Positions 27,392 to 38,419 of a stretch of DNA of 64,000 bases are shown here, piece after piece. The position numbers and the translations under genes are program-made. The stretch's first letter is position 1, and the number at the start of each line of letters is the position of its first letter. This DNA comes from Sminthopsis crassicaudata (lineage: Eukaryota): positions 419,138,562 through 419,202,561 of the forward strand of contig NC_133618.1 of NCBI RefSeq assembly GCF_048593235.1, in the 5' to 3' direction. The notes under the pieces are model-generated. The model did no database searches. It was not told the DNA's origin and saw only the letters and a list, made by a program, of their open reading frames with translations.

Positions 27392-28484
27392 AAATGTTCA
27401 AGAGAATGGGATAAAACTTAAAAGATACTAAGATACTAAAACATATATACTAGAAACAAATTTGGCAAAGGGTAACACAACTCCCAATTACCAAAAGTGC
27501 TTTTCTCCCTTCAAAGAATGTTCACGAATTTCTGTTTAGCTAAAACTCTCTTCTAGGCCTCAAGGACTGGTGCTTTTGTAGAATATACAGCAAACACTTC
27601 TCTTTGCCATGATGGGTTTCACTCTCTGAAGGTGTTACTCCTTCAGTAACTACTGCTCCTAGATGGATATATCTTCTGCCATTCTAGGCTCTCTAACCTC
27701 AGCTGAATGTACTACATATTGATCCTGTCACTCTGATAACATGATCAGAGGGTAGGTGGGGGTAGAAGAGAGGGAAATTCTGTTCAACCCCAAGAATGAT
27801 TCACTATCAGGATCTTGTCTCCAAATTTCAAACTAGAAATCTTTTAACTTGAAATCTTCTGCAATTACACTAATTCACCTATTTATTGGTCCACTGTTTG
27901 ACTTGTTTGCTACTTAACTGGTAGACTCCTAAATTGGCTTTTGCTGCATTTATAACTCAGGAGTTGTGACTTGATCTCAATCAACCACAATAGATTTCCT
28001 ACATAGTACTGTCTGCCTTTTATCTAGTGGCCAAATCCTAGCATCCATTCAAATTAATTAAGGAATCATTCATACCTAATTTATATTTCTGACTGAGTAG
28101 TTGCTTCAGTAGAGATATGTGAACTTTCTATGTTTACATGCATTTGTGTTGGGCAAACACCCATCCTTTTCCTAGCCTATCAGCATATAATGGAAAGAGG
28201 GTAATCTTCAAGTCAGCATATTTGGATTTGACTACCAGTGCACAGTAACTGTTTTGTCCTGGGCAAATATCTTAAGTGTTCTAGGCCTCAGTATACCTAT
28301 AAAAAGTAAGCAGTCCCAGAGAATTTAAGATAAATTGCTTATGTTCACATAATTAGCAAGTATATCTTTTCAGCTCTAACAGTCTATTATTAATTAAATA
28401 GTCTTTGACTATCTCTGCAGATGGGAATCTGCTAAGGATATTATCTTGTTCCTGGAGTATATATAATGCTTAAATAGATAGGAA

Positions 28485-28731
28485 CTGCAGGAGATAGAAC
28501 TCTGGGCCTGAAGTCAAGAAGACCTATGTGGACACAGACACTTACTAGCTTACAGACCTGAAGCAAGTTACTTTTAAAAATATATATATCTCTTTGTCTC
28601 AGTTTCCTCATCTGCAAAAATGAAGTAGAGATGGTGAATCACTCCAGTATCTTTGCAAAAACTAAAAACCCCAACAAACCAAATGGGGTCACAAAGAATC
28701 AGATATGACTGAAATGACTGAAAAACAACAA
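28485..28731 (+). mobile_element. Mar1-type CORE-SINE
   Basis: ctcagtttcctcatctgcaaaa...cactccagtatctttgcaaaaac...aaatggggtcacaaagaatcagatatgactgaaatgactgaa. Confidence 0.8.
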
Positions 28732-29879
28732 TATATATAATGCTTTCAGTATCTACCTCATAGAGTCGTTGTGGGGAATTTTAAAATCTTTATATATTTA
28801 ATCTTTAAATCTTATAGTCCTATAAGAATGTATGTGTTTTCATTTTTATATCATTGAACTATATGCTGCAAAATATAATAAGTGGTATCAGCATTATGAG
28901 AGTCTGTGGCAATTTATGGTTTCCCCTGTTATATGAGTAGTGTTCAGGTAAGATGATAACCCATAACATTGTTTTTGTCATGCTATATTACTATATTCTT
29001 ATAGTTCATTGAGAGTCTTTCACTAACTACTGATTTACATGTCTGCTTTCTCATCACTGTACAAAGTTTTATGAGAATAATCTACAAATGTATCAAAATC
29101 ATCCTTGAGGAAAATATTAAAAAGGAACAACAAGGATTTTGAAAATACTTTCATACAGTTTTCCATAAGTAGTTATTCACATAAGTGACTGAAATGTAAA
29201 AAATTATAGATGAACAAAAATCCCTAGTGATTTAATAAATGAAAATGTCACTTTTAAACCTTACTCGCAACAATGTATCTTCCATGAACATATTAAAATC
29301 ATTAAGATCCCTCAATAGATTCATAAACTGAAATAACTTTTTACAATTGTCTTTCAATTATTAACTTCAAATGAGACATAAAACAAGGAGACAAATGCTT
29401 ACCAAAGTGTTTACCATGGCTATAGATCTTTAGTGTGAATTTCAAATGGAAGTTGAATTATCTATTCATGGTGAGATCCTCTAGATACTATAGTTTGAAA
29501 ATAATTTTACAAGTTCAACCTTATAGCATTATATAGGAAAAGCAAAGTGGATGATGAATTCCTATTTTCTAAATTATAATTGACCTCATATATCAATGCA
29601 TATTTTTGAACACTTCTGACTCTCCATGCTTTCTTTATTGTGCCACAGATATCTCTTCACACTGGAAATTCATTCAACCCTTGGACTTCTCGCATTGAAA
29701 ATGCACTATGCATCTGTGTGTATGATCTCTTTCTCTGATTAATTCTCTGAATGGTTCATCCCAGATTTTGAGAAATGTGCCCATATCAGTCACATTTTCA
29801 TCTCACTACATATCACACTCCTAATTGCCCCAAACCCCCTATGTATATACCTCTTTCCTTATCTCCTGCCTTTCAGTTC

Positions 29880-30005
29880 CTTTTTATGTATTGTCTTTTT
29901 CCATTAGAATGTAAGCTAGTTGAATGCAAGAACTGTCTTTCCTTCTGCTTGTATTTGTATTCCCTGTGCATGGCATAGAGTAAGCACTTATTAAATAAGA
30001 TGCTA
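29880..30005 (+). mobile_element. L2 3' end
   Basis: ttagaatgtaagctagttgaatgcaagaactgtct...taagcacttattaaat. Confidence 0.7.
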
Positions 30006-30049
30006 TTGAAAATTCCTGATGCCATATAATCTTCTTTATGAAAAACTTG

Positions 30050-30440
30050 AAATTGAGGAATCTTAAACCTCAAAAGGACTTTAGAATAATACCTAATAAT
30101 TCTAGCTAGAATTTATATAATGCTTTAAGGTTTACAAGGTGCTTTACACATATTATCTCATTTGATCCTCACAGTAACCCAGAGACTATTGTTCTCAATT
30201 TAGTGATAAGAAAATCAAGGCTATGTGACTTGCCCAGGATCATACAGAGAATAAGAGTCTGAGATTTAATTAGAATTCAAGTATTTATGACTCCAGTGCC
30301 TTTACCCACTACACCAACTATATCATATATTCTAATCCTTTATTTTACAAAGGAAGAAATTGAGTCCCAGAAATGGATAACAACTTGTCAACATTCACGA
30401 AGCTAATCAGCAACAGAAACAAAACTAGCATTAAAATCAT
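30050..30440 (-). mobile_element. MIR/MIR3 cluster
   Basis: attatctcatttgatcctcacagtaaccc, gtgacttgcccaggatcatacag, attttacaaaggaagaaattgag. Confidence 0.7.
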
Positions 30441-30456
30441 CTGAATTTTACTTCAG

Positions 30457-30500
30457 GAATATTATAAACTTACAAAATCTAGACATTATGTGTAACCAAG
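30457..30500 (+). CDS. Candidate 44-nt exon (W|NIINLQNLDIMCNQ)
   Basis: ttttacttcag| acceptor and CAAG|gtatgt donor; its only open frame continues the phase-2 end of 17781-17818. Confidence 0.2.
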
Positions 30501-30709
30501 GTATGTGAGAAAAATAGCCATTATTATTTAGCATTCACATTTTTTTTTTCTTTTTGAAAGTGCTTTTGGAAACATTAATTAATTAATCAAAAAGAATTTT
30601 TTCCAATCAGTAAAAATGCTCTTTACAATGTATTAAACCTCTTGAAAGACATTATTTATTCAGCTGCATTTTCTCTTATTCTTAAGAGAGTCATCAATTT
30701 CTTTTTCAG

Positions 30710-30800
30710 GAGATATGGTATGTACTTGCACTCCGGGGAGCCCCTCATGCCCCACTATCTCTATATACATGGATATGATAGTCTTTTTTCTCTCTTATGA
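30710..30800 (+). CDS. Candidate terminal exon (W|RYGMYLHSGEPLMPHYLYIHGYDSLFSLL*)
   Basis: Strong acceptor aatttctttttcag|, locally GC-richer unique sequence, ATTAAA at 30834-30839; phase-compatible with 17781-17818. Confidence 0.25.
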
Positions 30801-30879
30801 AATATTTTTAAATAATTATGTTTTGTTTTCGTGATTAAAATAGTTTTCATAATATAAGGCCCCAGAATCTGCAGTGCTT

Positions 30880-31880
30880 TATCAGATTGATAATTGGCCT
30901 CCTTGCCTTAAATCTCTCCCTTTGCCAATTCCTGTTCCATGTAGGTGCCAAAAGAATATCTTTCTCCCCTCCTCCCCCGAATTTTTTTTTCAAAACTTGA
31001 CAAACACCATCAAAAATGCACATTTTTATACACAAAAGAACAGAAAAAGAAGATTGTATAATGAAATAAAAATTCTCTATTATGTAGATGTTTTGTAAAA
31101 GATCTAATAAATTTAGCAGACAAGTAACAAAGGTGTCCCACTTATCTATATTTTCCTCTTTCTATTTTTTTCTGTGCATTTAAAAAAAAAAGCTTCATTG
31201 ATGCCCTTTTCTTTCTTTTGGTACTATTCTGATTAGGTTACCTCCCCGTCAAACAACTGACCCATCATTAAAAATAGATAACCCTTCTTTGTAACAGATA
31301 AACATAGTCAAGTGAAACAATCCACACACTGGCCATGTACAAAAAATGTATGTCTTGTCCTGCACTTCTAGTACATGGCCTTTCTGTCTCATGGTAAATA
31401 CTAGGCTATGTCATCAGTCTTCTGAAATCATAATTGGTCACCATGTTAATCAGAGTTCTTAAGTCTTTCCAAATTTGTTTATCTTCCTTTCTTTATAATG
31501 TTATAGCTATTATAAAAATTTTCTTTGATCTAGATGCTTTGTCCTGTATCACTTCATAAAAGTCTTTCCTGGATTCCTTTTGTCATTTCTTATAACCAAA
31601 TAATATCCTATTACATTAATTTACCATAACATGTCTAATCATTTTCTCATTGATGAGCATTGTACCTTTTTAGTATTTTTATTACAACAAAATGTCCTGT
31701 TGTCAGTATTTTTGAATACATGTATTCTTTCCCTTATTCTTTTACCTCATTAGAGTGTGTGCCTAATAATGGAATCTGTAGATCAATTGACATGAAGTTT
31801 AGGAATTTGTATACATTTCCAAATCACTCTGTATCATGTTTGGACCAATTCACAGTCTCTACTCAGAGAGCTGATATATA
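30880..31880 (-). mobile_element. Old L1 3' region
   Basis: Antisense marsupial L1 3' UTR/ORF2-end text (cagataaacatagtcaagtgaaacaatccacacactggccatg; gtcagtatttttgaatacatg). Confidence 0.6.
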
Positions 31881-31949
31881 GTCTTTCAACCCCCTGGGGC
31901 ATCTTTAGTCAAGACTTGGCTTTGATCTTCCAGACTCCCTGGGACATCT

Positions 31950-32710
31950 CTAGTTGGGTCTCTGCTAGGACCTCTCTTCAAATCTCCTCTCTTCTTTTTG
32001 TGTGGCTCTTGGCTCTGTTTAAGAGTTTTATGATGTCATTCTTTGGATTTCTTGATCATTGTTCCAGCTAGCTCCCTTTTAAGATTATTGCTATGGATCA
32101 TTATGGGAGAGCCAAGATGTTTGACCTCTCATGCTGCCTTCTTAACTCAAAGAACATGGTGATTTTCTTAAATCTCACCATCTCTCTCCCCTGTTCAACA
32201 TGCTCTGGTAGCTCCCTATTTTCCAAGGATCAGAAACAAATTCCTCTGTTTGGTGACAAAAGTTCTTCACAAACTGATTTTATGTTACCTTTCCAGAGTT
32301 TATTACATAGCACTCCTGTCCATGTACTCCATGGTTCAATCAAATGGTCCCATTTGCTATTGGTTTTGCATGGATTCCCTCTCCTGTCCCCATGCCTTTG
32401 AATAGATTCACTCATGAGTGATATGTACTCTTTCTTCTCCCCTGCCTCTTAGAACCTTTCTTCAAAGTTCTATTCAACTTCCAACTCCTACATGAGACAT
32501 TTTTTTATCTTATTGCCTCCTACTCTTTCCTTCTTTCCTCCTCTGAAATTATATTTCTGTAGAGTATACTTTTCTGTTTACTTAGCTGTGTATGTCATTT
32601 TACCCATGAACTATATGAGAGCAAGCACTATTTCCATATTTATATTTGTAAGATATAACAGTGCTTTGAACAAAGTAGGCACTTTATATATATTTTTTTG
32701 ATTTATTGAA
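31950..32710 (+). mobile_element. L2 LINE fragment
   Basis: Pyrimidine-rich L2 body ending gcaagcactatttcc...aaagtaggcactt. Confidence 0.6.
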
Positions 32711-32739
32711 AACGTCAAAAGAATAATAGAGCCAACTTT

Positions 32740-33430
32740 ACATTTTACATCAGAGGATATGAGTTTTAATCTTGGTTCTGCCTCTTTTTCATTGTGTGAT
32801 ATATAGGCAAGTCACAACCTCAGATTTTGCATATCTAAAATGAGAGTATTAGACCTGTAAAGTCTAGAAGGGACTTAATCTGTGGTTCTATGATCCATGA
32901 GCTCACTAATGAGAAATGTGACCACTAATTTAAATTTAGACATTTTTGGCATTTTGGAGATCATCTAGTCTAATCCCTTCATTTTAGAGATAAGGAAAAA
33001 CGAGGCTAAAGAGGGAATAATAGAAATAAGGTTTGAAATAGGCCCTTTAAACTCAATCCAGTCTTCCTTCTATTAAATGGTGTTGCTTTTTAAAGTTTCA
33101 AAAGTATATTTATCAGTTTCTATCAGTTTTTGCTAATGAACTTGTTATCATGAATACCCCTGTTGGTACAGGACATGTACCACACTGAAAATGAATCCAC
33201 CATCACAAAATGATAGGAATGGAATAATAGAAAGGACCCCAGGTTGAAAGCCAAGAGTCCTTGAGTCTAGTCTCAGTTATGCCTTCTGGATGATAAGTTT
33301 TATGATTTAAGCAAGTCCCTTTATGTTTCTTGATCTCAGTTTCTTCTTTTTTAAGTGAGGATCTTGCTACCATCAGAAGATCTCTTCTGGAAGAGAAATC
33401 AGAAGATTTCTTTCTGCTCTAACATTCTAA
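32740..33430. mobile_element. MIR3 cluster in both orientations
   Basis: tttggagatcatctagtctaatcccttcattttagagataagg; aagcaagtccctt...tctcagtttcttc. Confidence 0.65.
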
Positions 33431-33864
33431 TCTTGATTCTGGCACTTATAATTCATATCAGCTAGTATAAATTGGTTGTCTGCCCTTCTTTACATAAATT
33501 TGTTTTAAGGAAAGCAGAAGTGAAAAGAGTTGCTTCTTACCTGTGCAATAATATCATATTATGCTGTAGTAAAGAATAGAATTCTAAGATTCCTTTATTT
33601 TTCTCTTTACAAATGCTGATGAATTCTGTGCCTTACCCATCTGTTCTGTAGAATTGTAAAAGATCAGATCATAAACTGTTTTAAAATCTGCTGTGTTTTT
33701 CTTTTTCCTTACTTCTTTTGGACAGTGCCTTCTCTGTTTGCCCTTTTCCTAAAGTCTCCCTTGCTATGTGTCCACTTCTTATGCCTGTCTAAAAATGTTT
33801 TTGAGAAAGGGGTTTGGGAAATAGAAGACCAGATGAATTCCTGCCATTGTTTTGAACACAGTCA

Positions 33865-34870
33865 AAAGAAGCATTTATTTTAGCTGTTAACATATATAAA
33901 CTTCTGTGGTAGGTGCTAGGAATATAAAGTAAAAAAAGAAAACTGCCCTGCCCAAAGAGTTAAGAGAGATATGACATTTACACAAATAAATACTAGTCAG
34001 AAAAAAGCTCATAGGGGAGGTAGCTCCTGAAATGAGTTTTTTTTTAAAAGCCAGTATAACATAGTATAAGGAGTACTGGCTTTATAGGTAAGTCATACAG
34101 GTTTCAAAATCTTGCCTCCAACAATTACTAGTTATGTTACCAAAAACAATTTACTAACCTTCTGTAAATCTCAGTTTCATAACATGCAAAATATTAACAA
34201 ACAAAATATTAGATACCTTTGAGGTTGGTGATGTTACCTACTTCAAAGGATTTGGGGAAAACAAATTAGATAATCTTTGAAAAGTACATTGCAAAACTTA
34301 AAAGCTCCTATAAAAATGTCAATTATTGTTACTGAAGAAAGCTAAGTATTCTTCCTGAGAAACAGAGCTGAAAAAGGAATGTACTGGGAGCATAAGGGAT
34401 GGGCTTCTGCAGATGTATGGAAGGGGGAAATAAAATGTCAATTTTGTCAAATAACTACTAACCCACTTTGGCTAGCATATAAAAAACAATGTGAAGTAAA
34501 GTTTGAAAAAACAGTTAAGTGATTGTGGAGGGTCTTGATGTAAGTCTAAGGTATTTGTAATGAACTTAGTCAACAGAAGTGTTTGAGAGGAGGATAATTT
34601 GGTTGAATATGGGTGAAGAAAGCATGTAATAGAGAGATTTAAAGCCTGAAAGTAAGTAGATGAATGAAATTATTTTCATAGTCCAGTGAATGGAGATAAG
34701 CTTCTTTGGAGGTAATATTTGTGATGAGAGAGATATTATGGAAGTAGATTGACTGAGACTTAGAAAATGATTATTAGATTGGGATACAATGAGGGAGGGG
34801 GAAGTAGTAAAATGAATGCAAGGTTTCTGAGAAGGGTGACTAAGAGAATAGTATTGTTTAAATCATTAAG
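33865..34870 (-). mobile_element. L2 fragment interrupted by a plus-strand MIR (about 34040-34335)
   Basis: aagaagcatttatttt...gtaggtgctaggaatataaag L2 end; MIR tail aaaacttaaaagctcctataaaaatgtcaattatt. Confidence 0.6.
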
Positions 34871-35094
34871 CACTTTAGCATGAAGGAAGTCTTCAGTGTA
34901 CTATATTATAGTCATCTGGAAGGGGGGAAAAGACTCACATTTTCTAATGTGTCATTTTGTACTTACCCTAAAAAATTAGAAACAAAGTCAGCAGAAGTCA
35001 TTGCAACCAATCAATAAACAACATTTATTGCATACCTACAAGATTGTGAGCAATCTAGTCTTAATAGAGGAACCAATGATTCAAAGGCAGTCTT

Positions 35095-35585
35095 TGGACC
35101 TAAAATTATATTATAAAATAGCAGTCATCAAAATAATTTAGTACTGGCTAAGAAATAGAGTAATAGATCAGTAAAATAGGTTAGGGATATAAGACAAAAT
35201 AGTTAATGGCTATAGTAGTCTATGTTTGATAAACACAAAGATCCCAGCTTTATTTAATTATTTAACAAAAACTTCTGGGAAAAGTGAAACATAGTGTGGC
35301 AGAAATTGAGCACAGACCTAACATCTCACACTCTATAAGAACATAAGATCTAAATTAGTACATGATTTGGACATAAAGGGTAATTCTATAACCAAATTAG
35401 GAGATCAAGGGATAGTTTACCTATCAGATCTTTGGAGAAAAGAGGAATTTGGAAAACAGAAAATAGAGAACATTATAAAAGGCAAAATGAGTAATTTTGA
35501 TTATATTAAATTAAAAAGGTTTTGTACAAACAAAACCAATGCAGCTAAGATCAAAAGGGAAGCAGAAGACCAGAAAACAATTTTT
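35095..35585 (+). mobile_element. L1 ORF2 C-terminal fragment
   Basis: ORF 35367-35663 MDIKGNSITKLGDQGIVYLSDLWRKEEF...NFDYIKLKRFCTNKTNAAKIKREAE is marsupial L1 ORF2p. Confidence 0.9.
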
Positions 35586-35864
35586 ACAATTAACCATAAT
35601 ACAATAGCATGTTATGTCATTCATAGGAACAATAATAATGTTGAACTGATTATCAAGCCATGAATAATGATTGAAATGCTAAGAGCTAGCATATCCAGTG
35701 ACAACTTACTGATAGACACTCACACATGTAAGTATACACATATTTGTATGCATTGTGTATAAATACACATAAAATACATGTCATACATGTAACAGAATGA
35801 TAGTGCAAGTATGTCATTTACATATGTGTAAGATATATGTATGCTGAATAACACATTGTGTTAG

Positions 35865-36055
35865 GAGGAAAAGGGAGAAAGAAAGAGGAAAAGGTGAGGG
35901 GAAAAGGAGAGGAGGAAGAAGAGGAGGGAAAGGGAGAGGGAGAGGAAGAGGGAGAGAAAGAAAAAGAGGGAGCGAGGAGAGAGAGAGAAGGGAGAGAAAG
36001 AGAGAGTGATTGAGAAAGAGAGAGAGGGAGAGATTGAGAAGAGAGAGATGAGATT

Positions 36056-36121
<66 letters not shown>
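35865..36121 (+). repeat. About 250-bp purine tract ending in perfect (GA)n
   Basis: Direct reading; only a few T/C interruptions. Confidence 0.95.
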
Positions 36122-36124
<3 letters not shown>

Positions 36125-36125
<1 letters not shown>

Positions 36126-36350
36126 TGTTTAGTTCCAGTTCTTTCAACTCTTTGAGTCACTATTTGGTGTTTTCATGGCAAAGATACATGGCAAAGATAT
36201 CTTTCCCCAACTTATTTTATAAATGAGGAAACTGAGGCAAACTTCACCAGGGTCACACAGCTAATAAGTGTCTGAAGTCAGATTTGAACTCAAGAGATGA
36301 GTTTTCCAGATAACATGGCACTCTATCCACTTTGCCACTCAGTTACCCTA
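36125..36350 (-). mobile_element. Mar1-type CORE-SINE
   Basis: catggcaaagata...attttataaatgaggaaactgaggcaaa...cagggtcacacagctaataagtgtctgaagtcagatttgaactc. Confidence 0.8.
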
Positions 36351-36747
36351 TTGTAAATAGACATATGCAAATAGATATCCAATCCAATCCAATAAACATT
36401 TATTAAAAGCCTAGTCACTAGGATAAAGATACCATGAATAAAAAGAAAATAATCTCTGACCTCTGACCTCAAGGTGTTTATAATCTAATGGGTAAAAACA
36501 ACACATAAAGATTCAGGATAGGGAATCAGGGGTAAAGATAGAAGGTATGACTAGGAAAACAGATTGTTCTGAAGATTAAAAACAGGTAGAGCAACAGATA
36601 CAGAATGAAATGAAGCTAAAAGTCCTGTTTCTACCCTCCTTCAAGGCAGAGAGGCCATTATTCCATGTTACTCCATTTTCCAGCCCTCTAATCAGAGAGA
36701 GGAGAGGAGGCTGAGGGAAGTTGAATTAGTCAGGATTTGAGTTTACC

Positions 36748-37024
36748 NNNNNNNNNNNNNNNNNNNNNNNNNNNNNNNNNNNNNNNNNNNNNNNNNNNNN
36801 NNNNNNNNNNNNNNNNNNNNNNNNNNNNNNNNNNNNNNNNNNNNNNNNNNNNNNNNNNNNNNNNNNNNNNNNNNNNNNNNNNNNNNNNNNNNNNNNNNNN
36901 NNNNNNNNNNNNNNNNNNNNNNNNNNNNNNNNNNNNNNNNNNNNNNNNNNNNNNNNNNNNNNNNNNNNNNNNNNNNNNNNNNNNNNNNNNNNNNNNNNNN
37001 NNNNNNNNNNNNNNNNNNNNNNNN
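36748..37024. other. Assembly gap (277 N)
   Basis: Run of N. Confidence 1.
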
Positions 37025-37288
37025 CTCTTTCTTACTTTCTTACTTTCTTTTATTAAAGCTTTTTTTATAGGTAATTTTTCCAACATTGACCCTTGCAAAA
37101 CTTTTTGTTTCAAATTTTCCCCTCCTTTCCTCCACCCCCTCCCCTAGCTGGCAGGTAGTCCAATACATGTTAAATATGTTGAAATACATGTTAAATTCAA
37201 TTTATGTGTACATATTTATACAGTTATCTTGTTGCACAAGAAAAATCAGATCAAGAAGGAAGAAAAAGAAGAAAAAACTGAGAAAGAA

Positions 37289-38245
37289 TGTTAAGGGACA
37301 GGTCAGTTCTCCAGAGCCTCCACAGGTATAGATCATAGCATCTGAAGGAGTTTCAGAGCAGCCTTCGCTGACATTGGTGTTACAGGCTAGGAATGAGATA
37401 AATTGGAGGCAAAGGAAAGAAGAAAAAGGTCAGGCAAAGCAACAGTCTCTCAGTCAGAAAGGTCAGAGAACAGCAACTGCTTCTCAGTCTCCTTGTATCA
37501 TCATCTCACAAGAAGAGATACATTCTGGGTTGGATCTCCAGCAGCCACTATCAGGGACTTCCATGTATTCCAATAGCTCTCCTATGTATTCCAATATATG
37601 GCACCTGAACATGTGGCAAGAATTACAAGAAGAATCAGAGCTGTTTGTGAGAAGGATACTTCCAGAGTTAAGTAAAAAGGGCCCCAGTAAGACTTTTTAA
37701 AGTCATGGTAATTAAATGGGCCAATACATTGAAGGGTCTAGCCAGGAGACTGATAAGAGACTTAAATGCCTGTTCTGACTACAATCCTCTTCCCTGTTTT
37801 AAAGTTTCCCTCCATGATATTTCACAAGATCAACACCTGCTACAACCATCCAGAAGTGATAGTGTTGCTTGCATTCCTCAATGTACAAACCATGCTGTTG
37901 GGGTGTGTAGGGGGAAATAATAGCAAAAAATTTAAAAAAGTGAATTGTTAAAGGACAGGTCAATTATCCGAGAGCCTCCACAGCTGTGGATCATAGTATC
38001 TGAAGGAGTTGCAGGGCAGCCTTTGCTGACAAGGTATTTTGGACTAGCAATGAGATAAATTGGAGGCAGAAGGGAGAGGAGAGAGGTCAGACAGTGAAAC
38101 AGCTTCTCAGTCAGAGACAACAGAGAACAGCAACTGCATCTCAGTCTTCTTGTATCATCCTCTCACAAGAGGAGATCCATTCTGGGTTGGATCTCCAGCA
38201 GCCAATGTCAGGTGGCTTCCAACAGCTCTCTCGTATATTCCAACA
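37289..38245 (+). mobile_element. Miniature two-LTR endogenous retrovirus (ERV2/betaretrovirus-like, non-autonomous), 957 bp
   Basis: 5' LTR 37289-37596, internal 349 bp, 3' LTR 37946-38245 (TG...CA); 6-bp TSD aaagaa (37283-37288 / 38246-38251); PBS right after the 5' LTR. Confidence 0.9.
37599..37617 (+). other. Primer-binding site, tRNA-Lys-like
   Basis: TGGCACCTGAACATGTGGC compared with Lys PBS TGGCGCCCGAACAGGGAC / TGGCGCCCAACGTGGGGC; two of the differences are CpG-decay type. Confidence 0.75.
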
Positions 38246-38419
38246 AAAGAAAACAAAATGCAAGGAAATAATAACAGAGAAAGTGAGTATGCTATGTTGT
38301 ATTCCATACTCTATTCCCATGGTTCTCTCTCTGGGTGTAGATGGCTCTCTTCATCACTACACTAGTGGAACTGGTTTGAATCATGTCAATGTTGAAGAGA
38401 GCCATGTCTGTCAGAATTG

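Noticed and set aside
36174-36199. Short tandem duplications (catggcaaagata x2; also acatttaaatataaa near 9463-9497)
   Set aside because: Ordinary slippage duplications within repeats or AT-rich DNA.
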